A stretch of 63,964 nt of DNA, counting the filler, from an uncultured bacterium (GTDB lineage Bacteria > DAOPZR01), in NCBI GenBank assembly GCA_964637655.1. It is 6 parts of 6 records of this genome, joined end to end, with 100 filler letters (N's around TTAATTAATTAA, not from the genome) between each part and the next. Parts side by side here need not be neighbours in the genome. Positions count along the whole stretch, not along the records: positions 11,404 to 22,679 come from CAZWUZ010000114.1; positions 22,780 to 34,050 come from CAZWUZ010000115.1; 4 more parts are not named here. The stretch is one strand, 5' to 3'. Below, piece by piece: positions 12,342-23,552 of the stretch (the stretch's first letter is position 1; each line of letters opens with the position of its first letter). A program made the translations under genes and the position numbers. Under the pieces are notes generated by a model. It saw nothing but the letters and a program-made list of their open reading frames with translations. It had not been told where the DNA came from and ran no database searches.

Positions 12342-13193
12342 ATGAACGTGAAGATGTATGACCTGACGCAGCGCCTGAGTATCCATACCCCGCCCTGGCC
12401 GAGCTACATGCCGCTGCAGGTGCAGTATTTCAAGCGCATCGCCGGCGCGCACATGGGGCAGGGGGCGAACGGGCAGATCATCAAGACCAGCAACCACGTC
12501 GGCACGCACATCGACGGCGAGATTCACTTCTTCGCCTCGGGGCGGACCATCGGCGAAGTGCCGCTGGACGAATGGTGCGGCGACGGCGTGGTGGTCGACA
12601 TCAGCGACGCGGTCGAGGACTACTCGCTCTACACGCCGAAGATGCTGATGGAACGCGCCGAGATCCGCAAGGGTGACATCCTCATCATCAACACCGGCTA
12701 CCACCGCTACGGCTGGGACCAGCCGGAGTCGGACGAAGTGCGCTACATGGTCAAGCACCCCGGCCCGTCGCCTGATTTCCACCGCTGGGCGCTGGACATG
12801 AAACTGAAGTGGATCGGCGTCGACTGCGGCAGCGCCGACCACCCGATGAACACCATCCTGCGCAGCTGGCACCCGAAACTGTTTGTCGAGTGCGAGAACA
12901 AGTTGAAGCGCGACTACGGGGTGACGTGGGACGAGATGTTCCCGCAGGAGGAGTACTACCAGGTGATGCACCTGAAACTCTTCCCCAAAAAACTGGTGCA
13001 TGCGGAGAACATCGGCGGCGAGATCGACAAGCTGAAGAACAAGCGCACGTGGATCGGGCTGTTCCCGTGGCGCGCCATCGAACTGGAATCGTGCATCAGC
13101 CGCGTGGTCGCCTTCGAATTCGCGGGTGACGCGGCGAAGCCGAAGGCGGCAGCGAAACCGGCGGCCAGGAAGGCGGCGAAGCGGAAGCGGTAG
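12342..13193 (+). CDS. Cyclase-family metal-dependent amidohydrolase (kynurenine formamidase-like)
   Basis: YDLTQ, HVGTHIDG (HxGTHxD), GDILIINTG, GVDCGSADHP, HAEN; GGAGG RBS; Lys/Ala-rich tail. Confidence 0.88.
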   Translation: MNVKMYDLTQRLSIHTPPWPSYMPLQVQYFKRIAGAHMGQGANGQIIKTSNHVGTHIDGEIHFFASGRTIGEVPLDEWCGDGVVVDISDAVEDYSLYTPKMLMERAEIRKGDILIINTGYHRYGWDQPESDEVRYMVKHPGPSPDFHRWALDMKLKWIGVDCGSADHPMNTILRSWHPKLFVECENKLKRDYGVTWDEMFPQEEYYQVMHLKLFPKKLVHAENIGGEIDKLKNKRTWIGLFPWRAIELESCISRVVAFEFAGDAAKPKAAAKPAARKAAKRKR

Positions 13194-13218
13194 GCGTCAG
13201 CGGCACAGCGGATATCAG

Positions 13219-13252
13219 ACACCCGGCGGCGGTTGCCGCCGGGTGTTGTTCG
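13219..13252 (+). terminator. Intrinsic terminator between convergent genes
   Basis: Perfect 12-bp stem ACACCCGGCGGC-GGTT-GCCGCCGGGTGT followed by TGTT. Confidence 0.7.
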
Positions 13253-13278
13253 TTACCGCGCGCGTCGCGGCCGGCGGT

Positions 13279-14169
13279 TCAGCGTTTCCGGCTCGGGGCG
13301 TGGGGCGCCATGCGGCTCGTCGCCCGCCGCAGCAGGTGCGGCCGATAGCTGGCCAGGTTGCGGTCCCCGAGATGGTCGACCAGGAAGGGGACAGGGTACC
13401 CCGCCGTGCCGCGGCCGAGGCGGCCGGGGGCGAGCAGCGCGTAGACGATCTCCTCGCCGCTGCGCGCCAGCGCCAGTTTCTCCGCCGCCGGCGAGACGAT
13501 CATGCTGTGGCCGTAATAGAGCCCGCCCTTCGCATCCGTCCCCACGGCGTTGGCCGCGACCAGGTAGACGTTGTTCTCGTAGGCGCGCATGCGGTTGCTC
13601 ATCTCCCAGATCTCGAAATGCCGCAGCAGCGCCGACGGGCGGGCGATGAACTCCGCCCCCTGTACCGCCTCGGCGCGGAGCAGCTCGGGAAAGTCGCCGT
13701 CGTAGCAGATGATGAGGCCGATGACCCCGAGTTTCGTGCGGAAGACCGGGATGGCGGTGCCGGGCGTCGTCCACCCGCCGTGGCGCACATGCTCCGTCGG
13801 GAAGGGGTGGGTCTTGCGGTAGCGGCCGAGGACCTTCCCGCCGTCGCCGAGGAGCAGCGCGCTGTTGAGCACCACGCCCGCGCGCGGGCCGCGCTCATAG
13901 GTGGGGAGCACGCAGAAACTGCGCGTCGCCTTGCACAGGCGGCGCAGCGGCTGCAGGTAGGTGCCGAGGTCGCGCGGGATGAGCGGATAAAAATCCTTCG
14001 CGGGCATGGCCGGGTTGAAACCCGAGGTGACCGACTCGGGGAACACGACCAGTTTCGCCCCGCTCTCACGCACCGCCTTCTCATGCCAGGCGCAGACCTT
14101 CTCCAGGTTGGCGTCGAACGCGTTCGGGGTGACGCTGATCTGCACGCTGGCAGCGATGAAATCCTGCAT
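13279..14169 (-). CDS. Nitrilase-superfamily carbon-nitrogen hydrolase (amidase)
   Basis: Catalytic E-K-C triad in LVVFPES, YRKTHPF, ICYDGDFPE; RAYENNVY, GHSMIVSP. Confidence 0.9.
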   Translation of the reverse strand: MQDFIAASVQISVTPNAFDANLEKVCAWHEKAVRESGAKLVVFPESVTSGFNPAMPAKDFYPLIPRDLGTYLQPLRRLCKATRSFCVLPTYERGPRAGVVLNSALLLGDGGKVLGRYRKTHPFPTEHVRHGGWTTPGTAIPVFRTKLGVIGLIICYDGDFPELLRAEAVQGAEFIARPSALLRHFEIWEMSNRMRAYENNVYLVAANAVGTDAKGGLYYGHSMIVSPAAEKLALARSGEEIVYALLAPGRLGRGTAGYPVPFLVDHLGDRNLASYRPHLLRRATSRMAPHAPSRKR

Positions 14170-14346
14170 GACGCACGCTCCGTTTCGGGCGCCCACGCCC
14201 GTCCTCTGCACCGGCCGTGCGGCCGGCGTCATCGCCTGCACTTATACCATCGCGGCGGCTGCGGCGGCAAACTCCCGCGGTTCCGGCCGTTGCCGAAGCC
14301 GGCAAAAAAATGGTATGGTGGTGGCATCATCAGACAGGAGCCGGCC

Positions 14347-15987
14347 ATGGCACACACCACCCGTAAGGAAAACTACCAGGCGCGCCGCACGGCGGGGGCG
14401 CAGGCCGCCGCCGCCAGCGGCAGATTCGTCGCGCGCGACCAGGCGGCGGCCCTGCTTGCGGCGGTGATCCGCAGCGGCGACCGCGTCTGCCTCGAGGGGG
14501 ACAACCAGAAGCAGGCGGACTTCCTCGCCCGCACCCTGGCCGCGCTCGACCCGCAGCAGGTGCACGACCTGCACATGGTGCAGTCGTCGATCGTGCTCCC
14601 CGAGCACCTCGACGTGTTCCGCAAGGGGATTGCCCGCAAACTTGATTTCGCCTACTCCGGGCCGCAGAGCAAGGCGCTGGCCGCGCTGGCGGCGGACGGG
14701 ACGGTGCAGCTCGGCGCCATCCACACCTACCTCGAACTGTACGGGCGTTATTTCCTCGACCTGACCCCGCAGGTGGCGCTGCTGGTGGCGGATTCCTGCG
14801 ATGCGCAGGGCAACCTGTTCACCGGCAACAACACCGAGGACACGCCGACCATCGCTGAGGCGACGCACTTTTCCCACGGCATCGTCATCGTCCAGGTGCG
14901 CGAACAAGCCGACACCCTCCCCCGCGTCGACATCCCGGCCGACTGGGTCGATTTCATTGTCGTTACCGGCGAACCCGGCCACCTGCAGCCGCTCTTCACG
15001 CGCGACCCGGCGAAGATCACCGGGCAGCAGGTGCTGATGGCGATGCTGGCGCTCAAGGGGATCTACCGCGAGTACCGGGTGAAGTCGCTGAACCACGGCA
15101 TCGGCTACGCCACTGCCGCCATCGAACTGCTCTTTCCGACCTACGGCGCCGAACTCGGGCTCAAGGGCACGGGGTGCACGCACTGGATCCTCAATCCCCA
15201 CCCGACGATGATCCCGGCGATTGAGGCGGGGTTCGTGGAGCGCATCCACAGTTTCGGCGGCGAACCGGGGATGGAACGCTACGTGCGCGAGCGCGGCGAC
15301 ATCTTTTTCATCGGCAGCGACGGGTACATGCGCTCCAACCGCTGCGCCGCGCATTTCGCGGGACTCTATGCCATCGACCTGTTCATCGGCGCCACGCTGC
15401 AGCTCGACCGGCACGGCAACAGCTCGACCGCCATCCGCGGGATGATCGCGGGCTTCGGCGGCGGTCCGAACCTCGGCGGCACGGCCCCCGGCCAGCGCCA
15501 CATCAGCGAAGCGAACCGCCGCGCCGGGCGCACCGAGGACGGCATCTTCAAACCGCGCAAACTGGTGGTGCAGATGACCCCGACGGTGAGCGAAAAGAAG
15601 GCCATCCCGGTCTTCGTCGAGGAACTCGACGCGGTGGGACTGGCGAAGGACGGCGTCTTTGCCGCGCCGCCGGTGATGATCACCGGCGACCAGCTCACCC
15701 ATATCGTCACGGAACAGGGGATCGCCTATCTTGACCGCTGCCCGGACCTCACGGTACGGCGGCAGGCGATTGCGGCGGTGGCGGGCGACACCCCGGTCGG
15801 GCGCACCTCGACGGCGGCGGCGGTCGAGGAATTGCGCCGGCGGAAGATCGTGCAGACCCCGGTGGACCTCGGCATCGATCCGGCCACGGCCACGCCCGAC
15901 CGGCTGGCGGCGCGCAGCATCGACGACCTGGTGCGCATCTCCGGCGGTTTGTACGACCCGCCGGCGCAGTTTCGCAAGCGCGGCTGA
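14347..15987 (+). CDS. mdcA: Malonate decarboxylase alpha subunit (malonate:acetyl-ACP/CoA transferase)
   Basis: GDRVCLEGDNQKQADFL, LDFAYSGPQ, GAIHTYLELYGRYFLDLTP, LFTRDP, LNHGIGYATAAIEL, GFGGGPNLG, SGGLYDPPAQFR. Confidence 0.92.
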   Translation: MAHTTRKENYQARRTAGAQAAAASGRFVARDQAAALLAAVIRSGDRVCLEGDNQKQADFLARTLAALDPQQVHDLHMVQSSIVLPEHLDVFRKGIARKLDFAYSGPQSKALAALAADGTVQLGAIHTYLELYGRYFLDLTPQVALLVADSCDAQGNLFTGNNTEDTPTIAEATHFSHGIVIVQVREQADTLPRVDIPADWVDFIVVTGEPGHLQPLFTRDPAKITGQQVLMAMLALKGIYREYRVKSLNHGIGYATAAIELLFPTYGAELGLKGTGCTHWILNPHPTMIPAIEAGFVERIHSFGGEPGMERYVRERGDIFFIGSDGYMRSNRCAAHFAGLYAIDLFIGATLQLDRHGNSSTAIRGMIAGFGGGPNLGGTAPGQRHISEANRRAGRTEDGIFKPRKLVVQMTPTVSEKKAIPVFVEELDAVGLAKDGVFAAPPVMITGDQLTHIVTEQGIAYLDRCPDLTVRRQAIAAVAGDTPVGRTSTAAAVEELRRRKIVQTPVDLGIDPATATPDRLAARSIDDLVRISGGLYDPPAQFRKRG

Positions 15988-16057
15988 GCGGACCGGCGGT
16001 GGTGGCGCGGCCCCAAAAGAGGTATACTGCACCGACTGGCACAGTCAGGAGCGGCAC

Positions 16058-17665
<1,608 letters not shown>

Positions 17666-17668
17666 GCG

Positions 17669-18133
17669 ATGACCATGGACAACGCCACGCTGCTGACGGG
17701 CTTGAACATGACCATCATCGGGATGGGGATCGTCTTCGTCATGCTCGAACTGCTGGCGGAACTGATGCGGCTGATCGACAAGGTCTTTCCCGAGCGGGAA
17801 ACCGCGATGGGCGCGGCGAAAAAAATGGTTACGGAAGTCGGCCGGGCGGTCAAGCCGCTGACCGACGCGGCGAAACCGCTGACGGATGCCGCCAGCGCGG
17901 TGACCCGCCCGCTGACCGACGCGGCGACCGGGATGGCCAACGCGGCCTCGGAGATCGCGCGCCCGCTGACGCAGGCGGCGGCGGACATGGCCAAGCCGGT
18001 GGCGCGCAAGGACGTGCACGGCCCGATACCGTATGCGTACATTGCCGCAGCCATGCTGCACCACTACCGGCGCACCCTGCGGAAAACCGCGGTCAACCTG
18101 CATCACACGGCGAAGACGTGGTGGCGGCGGTGA
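17669..18133 (+). CDS. OadG/MmdD-like membrane anchor subunit of a Na+-pumping decarboxylase, with internal repeats
   Basis: N-terminal TM GLNMTIIGMGIVFVMLELL; C-terminal AYIAAAM...WWRR; lies between the carboxyltransferase and the biotin carrier. Confidence 0.75.
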   Translation: MTMDNATLLTGLNMTIIGMGIVFVMLELLAELMRLIDKVFPERETAMGAAKKMVTEVGRAVKPLTDAAKPLTDAASAVTRPLTDAATGMANAASEIARPLTQAAADMAKPVARKDVHGPIPYAYIAAAMLHHYRRTLRKTAVNLHHTAKTWWRR

Positions 18134-18143
18134 GGAGACGACG

Positions 18144-18602
18144 ATGCCGAAATACCTGATCAACATCAACGGTGAGGAACAGACGGTTGACCTGGTCGAA
18201 ATCAGCGACCGGACCTATCGCGTCACCATCGACGGGGTTGCCTACTCGGGACATGTCGAGGAAATATCACGCATGCTGCCCGACGAGGCGCCGGCGGAGA
18301 AGGTGGTGATCGCGCCGCTGCCGGTCCCCGTGCCGCTGCCGGCCGCGCCGGTGCCGGCACCGGCGGCGGCGGCAGCGGCGGGAAACCTGGAAATGCGCGC
18401 GCCGCTGGCCGGGACAATCATCGCCGTACGGACGCAGCCGGGCGCCGCGGTACGGACCGGCGACCTGCTGCTGCTGCTCGAAGCGATGAAAATGGAGACC
18501 GAGATCGTCGCGGTGAGCGACGGCACGGTCGGCGCGGTGGTGGTGCATCCGGGACAGACGGTGCAGGCGGGTGAACTGCTCCTGACGCTGGTGAAGCACT
18601 GA
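18144..18602 (+). CDS. Biotin carboxyl carrier protein (decarboxylase subunit)
   Basis: LEAMKME biotinylation motif, APLAGTI, Ala/Pro linker. Confidence 0.92.
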   Translation: MPKYLININGEEQTVDLVEISDRTYRVTIDGVAYSGHVEEISRMLPDEAPAEKVVIAPLPVPVPLPAAPVPAPAAAAAAGNLEMRAPLAGTIIAVRTQPGAAVRTGDLLLLLEAMKMETEIVAVSDGTVGAVVVHPGQTVQAGELLLTLVKH

Positions 18603-18604
18603 CC

Positions 18605-19738
18605 ATGGACTGGGCACTGCTCGCCGCCGACTTCCAGAAATTCTGGGGCATGATGGGCTTTCAGCAGTACACGCTGCAGCAGGGCATCATGCTTGCGGTT
18701 TCCTGCGTCCTGCTGTACCTGGCCATTGCCCACAAGTTCGAGCCGCTGCTGCTGCTGCCCATTGCCTTCGGTTCGCTGCTCACCAATTTTCCGCTGACCG
18801 GCATCACCGACAATGCGCCCGGCGGCCTGCTGTATTTCCTCTACCTCGGGGTGGAGCAGGACATCTGGCCCTGCCTGATTTTCCTCGGTCTGGGCGCCAT
18901 GACCGATTTCGGGCCGCTCATCGCCAACCCCAAAACCTTTCTGCTCGGTGCGGCGGCGCAATTCGGCGTTTTCGGCACGCTCTTCGGGGCGCTGGCGCTC
19001 GGCTTCACGGCGAAGCAGGCGGGCGCCATCGGCATCATCGGCGGCGCGGACGGGCCGACGGCCATCTACCTGACGTCGAAACTGGCGCCCGAGCTGCTCG
19101 GGCCCGTCGCAGTGGCGGCTTATTCCTACATGGCGCTGGTGCCGCTCATCCAGCCCCCCATCATGCGCCTGCTGACGACGCGCAAGGAGCGGCTGGTGCG
19201 CATGCCGCAGGTGAAAGCCGTGTCGCGCACGGCCAGAATCGTGTTTCCCATTCTCAGCACCATTGTCTGCGCGCTGATCGTGCCGCCGGCAACCCCGCTC
19301 ATCGGCATGCTGATGTTCGGCAACCTGATGCGCGAATCGGGGCTGGTCGACCGCCTGAGCAAGTCGGCGCAGAACGAGATCATCAACGTCTGCACCATCT
19401 TCGTCGGGCTGGCGGTGGGGGGGAGCATGAAGGCGGAGACCTTCCTGCAGTTCTCCACCATCAAGATCATCGTGCTCGGGCTGACGGCATTCGCCTTCGG
19501 CACGGCGGCGGGGGTCGTGCTCGGCAAGATCATGTACTGGGTGACGCGCGGCAAGGTCAACCCGCTGATCGGTGCGGCGGGGGTGTCGGCGGTGCCGATG
19601 GCGGCGCGCGTGGTGCAGAAGGTCGGGCAGGCGGAGGATCCGGGCAATTTCCTGCTGATGAACGCCATGGGTCCGAACGTTGCCGGCGTGATTGGCACGG
19701 CAATAGCAGCCGGCGTGCTGTTGTCGCTGCTGGGGTAG
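18605..19738 (+). CDS. Na+-translocating decarboxylase beta subunit (OadB/MmdB/MadB family)
   Basis: [72 protein letters not shown]. Confidence 0.95.
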   Translation: MDWALLAADFQKFWGMMGFQQYTLQQGIMLAVSCVLLYLAIAHKFEPLLLLPIAFGSLLTNFPLTGITDNAPGGLLYFLYLGVEQDIWPCLIFLGLGAMTDFGPLIANPKTFLLGAAAQFGVFGTLFGALALGFTAKQAGAIGIIGGADGPTAIYLTSKLAPELLGPVAVAAYSYMALVPLIQPPIMRLLTTRKERLVRMPQVKAVSRTARIVFPILSTIVCALIVPPATPLIGMLMFGNLMRESGLVDRLSKSAQNEIINVCTIFVGLAVGGSMKAETFLQFSTIKIIVLGLTAFAFGTAAGVVLGKIMYWVTRGKVNPLIGAAGVSAVPMAARVVQKVGQAEDPGNFLLMNAMGPNVAGVIGTAIAAGVLLSLLG

Positions 19739-19808
19739 GAAACAGCGGGGCGGCAGTCGCCCCCGTACGGCGGCGCTCGCGCGCCGCGAATGACAGGAGG
19801 TATCAGCA

Positions 19809-21065
19809 ATGCAACAGCGCAGGGTGGTGGTGACGGGCATGGGCTGCATCGCGCCGGGCGGCGCCAACGATGTGGCGGCGTTCTGGCGGCTGGCGACGAC
19901 CAGCACGGGCACGCTGGCCGGCCCGATCACGGCGTTCGACGCCAGCCAGTTTTCGACAACCTTCGCCTGCGAACTGCAGGGGTATGACCCGGAAGCGCAT
20001 TTTTCGCGCAAGGACCTGCGCAGCAAGGACAAGTTCGTGCAGTACGCGCAGGTGGTGGCGCGCCAGGCGGTGGCGCAGGCGGCGATCGACTGGGACAAAC
20101 TCGACCGCGACCGCTGCGGCGTCATTTTCGGGTCCGGCATCGGCGGCATCGGCACGCTGGAGGAGCAGCACAAGCGGTTCCTCGAGAAGGGGCCCGGGCG
20201 CATCTCCCCGTACCTGTGCGCGATGATGCTGAGCAACCTCGCCGCGGGCGAGATTGCCATCGATTTCGGCTGCCGCGGCATCAACAAGTCGCAGTGCACC
20301 GCGTGCGCCACGGGCAATCACGCCATCGGCGACGCCATGGACTGCATCCGCTGGGGGCGCGCCGACCTGATGATCGCGGGCGGCACCGAGGCGGCTATCA
20401 CCCCGATGGGGTTCGGCGGCTTCTGCTCGATCCGTGCCCTGTCGCAGCGCAACGCGGAACCGACCCGCGCCTCGCGTCCGTTCGACAGCGGCCACGACGG
20501 GTTTGTCATGGGCGAAGGGGCGGGCGCCGTGGTGCTGGAGGAACTGGAACATGCGCGGCGGCGCGGGGCGACCATTCTCGCCGAACTCGCCGGCTACGGC
20601 GCGACGGATGACGCCCACCATATCACCGCGCCGGTCGAGGGGGGGGCGGGCCTGGCGCGCGCGATGCAGGGGGCGCTCGCGGACGCCGGCATGCAGCCCG
20701 GCGACATCGATTACGTCAATGCGCACGGCACCTCGACGCCGGTGGGCGATCCGCTGGAGACGGCGGCGATCAAGACGGTGTTCGGCGCCCATGCGGCGCG
20801 GCTGGCGGTGAGCAGCACCAAGTCGACGTTCGGGCACCTGCTCGGGGCGACGGCGGCGGTGGAACTGGTCGCCTGCATCCAGTCCATCCGCACCGGGGTC
20901 ATCGCCCCGACGGTCAACCTGGATAACCCCGCCCGTGACCAGGGCTGCGACCTGGACTACACGCCGAACACGGCGGCGCAGCGGACGGTGCGGGCGGCGA
21001 TGAACAACTCCCTCGGCTTCGGCGGCCACAATGCGGCGCTGATTGTCCGGCAGTTCGAAAACTGA
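19809..21065 (+). CDS. fabF: Beta-ketoacyl-ACP synthase II
   Basis: RRVVVTGMG, TACATG, YVNAHGTST, STKSTFGHLLG, NSLGFGGHNA (C-H-H triad). Confidence 0.92.
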   Translation: MQQRRVVVTGMGCIAPGGANDVAAFWRLATTSTGTLAGPITAFDASQFSTTFACELQGYDPEAHFSRKDLRSKDKFVQYAQVVARQAVAQAAIDWDKLDRDRCGVIFGSGIGGIGTLEEQHKRFLEKGPGRISPYLCAMMLSNLAAGEIAIDFGCRGINKSQCTACATGNHAIGDAMDCIRWGRADLMIAGGTEAAITPMGFGGFCSIRALSQRNAEPTRASRPFDSGHDGFVMGEGAGAVVLEELEHARRRGATILAELAGYGATDDAHHITAPVEGGAGLARAMQGALADAGMQPGDIDYVNAHGTSTPVGDPLETAAIKTVFGAHAARLAVSSTKSTFGHLLGATAAVELVACIQSIRTGVIAPTVNLDNPARDQGCDLDYTPNTAAQRTVRAAMNNSLGFGGHNAALIVRQFEN

Positions 21066-21078
21066 GGCGGAGGACGGC

Positions 21079-22011
21079 ATGAGCAAAATCGCGTTTCTGT
21101 TTCCCGGGCAGGGGTCGCAGTATGTCGGCATGGGCCGCGACCTGTACGACAATTTTCCCGAGGCGCGGGAGACGTTCGACCGCGCGGCGGAACTCCTCAA
21201 GTACGACTTCAGGAAGGTCTGTTGCGACGGACCGGAGGAGGAACTGCGCAAGACCTACACGACCCAGCCGTGCATCTTCCTCGTGGCGCGGGCCTGCGCC
21301 CGGGTCATCACCCACCACGGCGGGGTGCGCGCGGTGGCGGCGGCCGGGCATTCGCTCGGTGAATACAATGCCCTGACGTTTGCCGGCGCGCTCTACTTCG
21401 ACGATGCGCTGGTGGTCGTGCGCAACCGCGCCCTGTACATGCATGAGGCGTCGCTGCGCGAACCGGGCGGCATGGCCGCGATCATCGGGGTCGAACGCGA
21501 ACAGGTGGAACCGGTCTGTGCCGGGATCGGGGGCGTGCAGGTGGCGGCGCTCAACAGTCCCGGGCAGGTGGTCATCTCGGGCAGGGCGGCGGCGGTCGAG
21601 CAGGCCATCAGCCAGCTCAAGGCGGCGGGGGTGCGCAAGGCCATGCCGCTGAAGGTCAGCGGTGCGTGGCACTCGCTGCTCATGCAGCCGGCGGAAGAAC
21701 GGCTCGCGTGCGAACTCACCAAAACCAGCATCACCAAGCCGCTGGTGCCGGTGGTGGCCAATGCGCTCGGACGGTTTGTCAGCGAGCCGGAGGACATCCG
21801 CCAGGCGCTGCTCAGCCAGCTGACCCGGCCGGTGCTCTGGGTCGACACCGTCAAGGCGCTGGTCGCTGAGGGGATCGACACCTGCATCGAACTCGGGCCG
21901 GGGCAGGTGGTGTCGGGTCTGGTCAGGCGCATCGCGCCGGAGATGCGCGTGTTCAATGTGCAGGATGTGCCGTCACTGGAAACGACGCTGGCGGGCCTCA
22001 GGGGCAACTGA
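21079..22011 (+). CDS. fabD: Malonyl-CoA:ACP transacylase (FabD/MdcH)
   Basis: FPGQGSQYVGMG, AGHSLGEY, VSGAWHS, ELGPGQV. Confidence 0.93.
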   Translation: MSKIAFLFPGQGSQYVGMGRDLYDNFPEARETFDRAAELLKYDFRKVCCDGPEEELRKTYTTQPCIFLVARACARVITHHGGVRAVAAAGHSLGEYNALTFAGALYFDDALVVVRNRALYMHEASLREPGGMAAIIGVEREQVEPVCAGIGGVQVAALNSPGQVVISGRAAAVEQAISQLKAAGVRKAMPLKVSGAWHSLLMQPAEERLACELTKTSITKPLVPVVANALGRFVSEPEDIRQALLSQLTRPVLWVDTVKALVAEGIDTCIELGPGQVVSGLVRRIAPEMRVFNVQDVPSLETTLAGLRGN

Positions 22012-22040
22012 TTTCACTGTCGTCGCGACACCAACATCAC

Positions 22041-22072
22041 CGCCGGGGCCGCAACACTCCCCGGCGCTTTTT
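22041..22072 (+). terminator. Intrinsic terminator ending the mdcA-fabD operon
   Basis: CGCCGGGG...CCCCGGCG stem followed by CTTTTT. Confidence 0.65.
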
Positions 22073-22092
22073 GTGTGCCCGGCGGCGAACCC

Positions 22093-22679
22093 TCAGCGGA
22101 CGATGCGGGAGGAACTGCGGACGAGCGGGCCGGCGAGCACGTGAATGAAGCCCGCCGCGCGGGCGCATGCCTCCCAGCGGGCAAACTCGTCGGGGTGGAC
22201 GTAGCGGATGACGGGGGTGCAGGTGCGGCGCGGCTGCAGGTACTGCCCGATGGTCAGTTGCGTCGCGCCGGCGGCGCGCGCGTCGGTGATGAGCGCGCGC
22301 ACCTCTTCATCCGTCTCCCCCAGCCCGAGCATGCAGCCGGTCTTGACCGGCACCCCGGCGGCGGCGAGCGCGCGCACTACCGCCAGCGAACGGCGGTAGT
22401 CGCTGCGCGGGCGCAGCGCCGGATAGAGGCGCGGGACCATCTCGAGGTTGTGGGCGGCGATGTCGGGGGGAGCGGCCAGCGCGGCGGCGAGCGCCGCCGC
22501 CTCACCGCTGAAGTCGGGATAGAGCGCTTCAATAATGAGTTCCGGCACCGCGGTCCGCACGGCGCGGATGACCGCGGCCCAGTGCGCGGCCCCGCCGTAG
22601 GGGAGGTCTTCGCGAGTGACCGAAGTCAGGACCGCCTCGCGCTGCCCGAGTTCGCGCAGCTATGTCGCGACGCGTTGCG
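22093..22679 (-). CDS. lipA: Lipoyl synthase (5' truncated)
   Basis: VLTSVTREDL, HNLEMVPRLY, KTGCMLGLGET, LTIGQYLQP, GPLVRSS. Confidence 0.88.
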
Positions 22680-22779
22680 NNNNNNNNNNNNNNNNNNNNN
22701 NNNNNNNNNNNNNNNNNNNNNNNTTAATTAATTAANNNNNNNNNNNNNNNNNNNNNNNNNNNNNNNNNNNNNNNNNNNN
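22680..22779. other. Artificial contig linker
   Basis: N run with TTAATTAATTAA. Confidence 0.98.
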
Positions 22780-22874
22780 CCGGCGAACTCGCCGCCGCCC
22801 GCCGGCCGTAGCGGCGCGCCGGGTGCGGCGCCCGGGTACGGCGCGCGTGGTCACTTGCCGCCTATGCGCTGACG

Positions 22875-23495
22875 GTGCTGGCGCTTTGGCTGGTGACGTC
22901 GGGCACGAACATCCGTTTTGCCCTGCCGGCGATACTGCTGCTCTGCACGGCACTCATTATGCCGGCGCTGGCACGCAACCGGTTTCCCCGTTTGCTGCGC
23001 AGTATCGTGCTGGTGGCGGGCGGGTTGCAGGTCATGCTGCTGCTGCTGGTTTTCCCGTTCATGGAACTGCTGCCGGTAGCCGGACTCGGGCTGGTCGACG
23101 ACGACACCTACCTGCGGCAGGTGACCGTCAACCCGTGCATCGACGCCATCCGTGCGGCCAATGCGCTTTCCGTACCGGGAAAGGCGCTCTTTACCGGCGA
23201 ACACCGCGTGTTCTACTGCACCCGGCCGCATGTCGCTGGCAGCGTGTTTGATACGGACCATCTGGCGGTCTGGACGCAGGCGGCAGCAACAGCGGCAGAA
23301 CTGCACGCCGTGCTGCAGGCGCAGAACATCGGCATTATCCTCTACAATGTGCGCGAGGCGCAGCGGCTGCACCGCGGCCCGGTCTACAGCGATGCGGTCG
23401 ACGAGGCGGCCCGCGCGCGGTTCCTCGCATTTGCCCGTACGTACCTGCGTATCGCCGCGCAGGGAGACGGGTGGTACGTTTTCACCCTGACCTGA
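22875..23495 (+). CDS. C-terminal part of a polytopic membrane protein (possibly GT-C-like), probably 5' truncated
   Basis: Hydrophobic helices with NIRFALP followed by a soluble domain; the frame appears to continue upstream of the GTG. Confidence 0.5.
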   Translation: MLALWLVTSGTNIRFALPAILLLCTALIMPALARNRFPRLLRSIVLVAGGLQVMLLLLVFPFMELLPVAGLGLVDDDTYLRQVTVNPCIDAIRAANALSVPGKALFTGEHRVFYCTRPHVAGSVFDTDHLAVWTQAAATAAELHAVLQAQNIGIILYNVREAQRLHRGPVYSDAVDEAARARFLAFARTYLRIAAQGDGWYVFTLT

Positions 23496-23524
23496 TTGCC
23501 TTGTGCGGCAAAGGCAGGTATAAT
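23496..23524 (+). promoter_or_regulatory. Sigma-70-type promoter of the transketolase-like gene
   Basis: TTGCCT-N17-TATAAT, with AAGGAG RBS downstream. Confidence 0.65.
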
Positions 23525-23552
23525 CCGCCCAATACCTTTCAAGGAGAGTCCC

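Noticed and set aside
14283-14310. Hairpin followed by A7 upstream of mdcA as a terminator or riboswitch
   Set aside because: The A-tract is on the wrong side for a terminator on either strand; it more likely forms the spacer of a TTGCCG-N18-TATGGT promoter
13126-14346. 407-aa N-terminal extension of MdcA in the ORF track
   Set aside because: It is the antisense of the nitrilase gene; the real start is ATG 14347 after AGGAG
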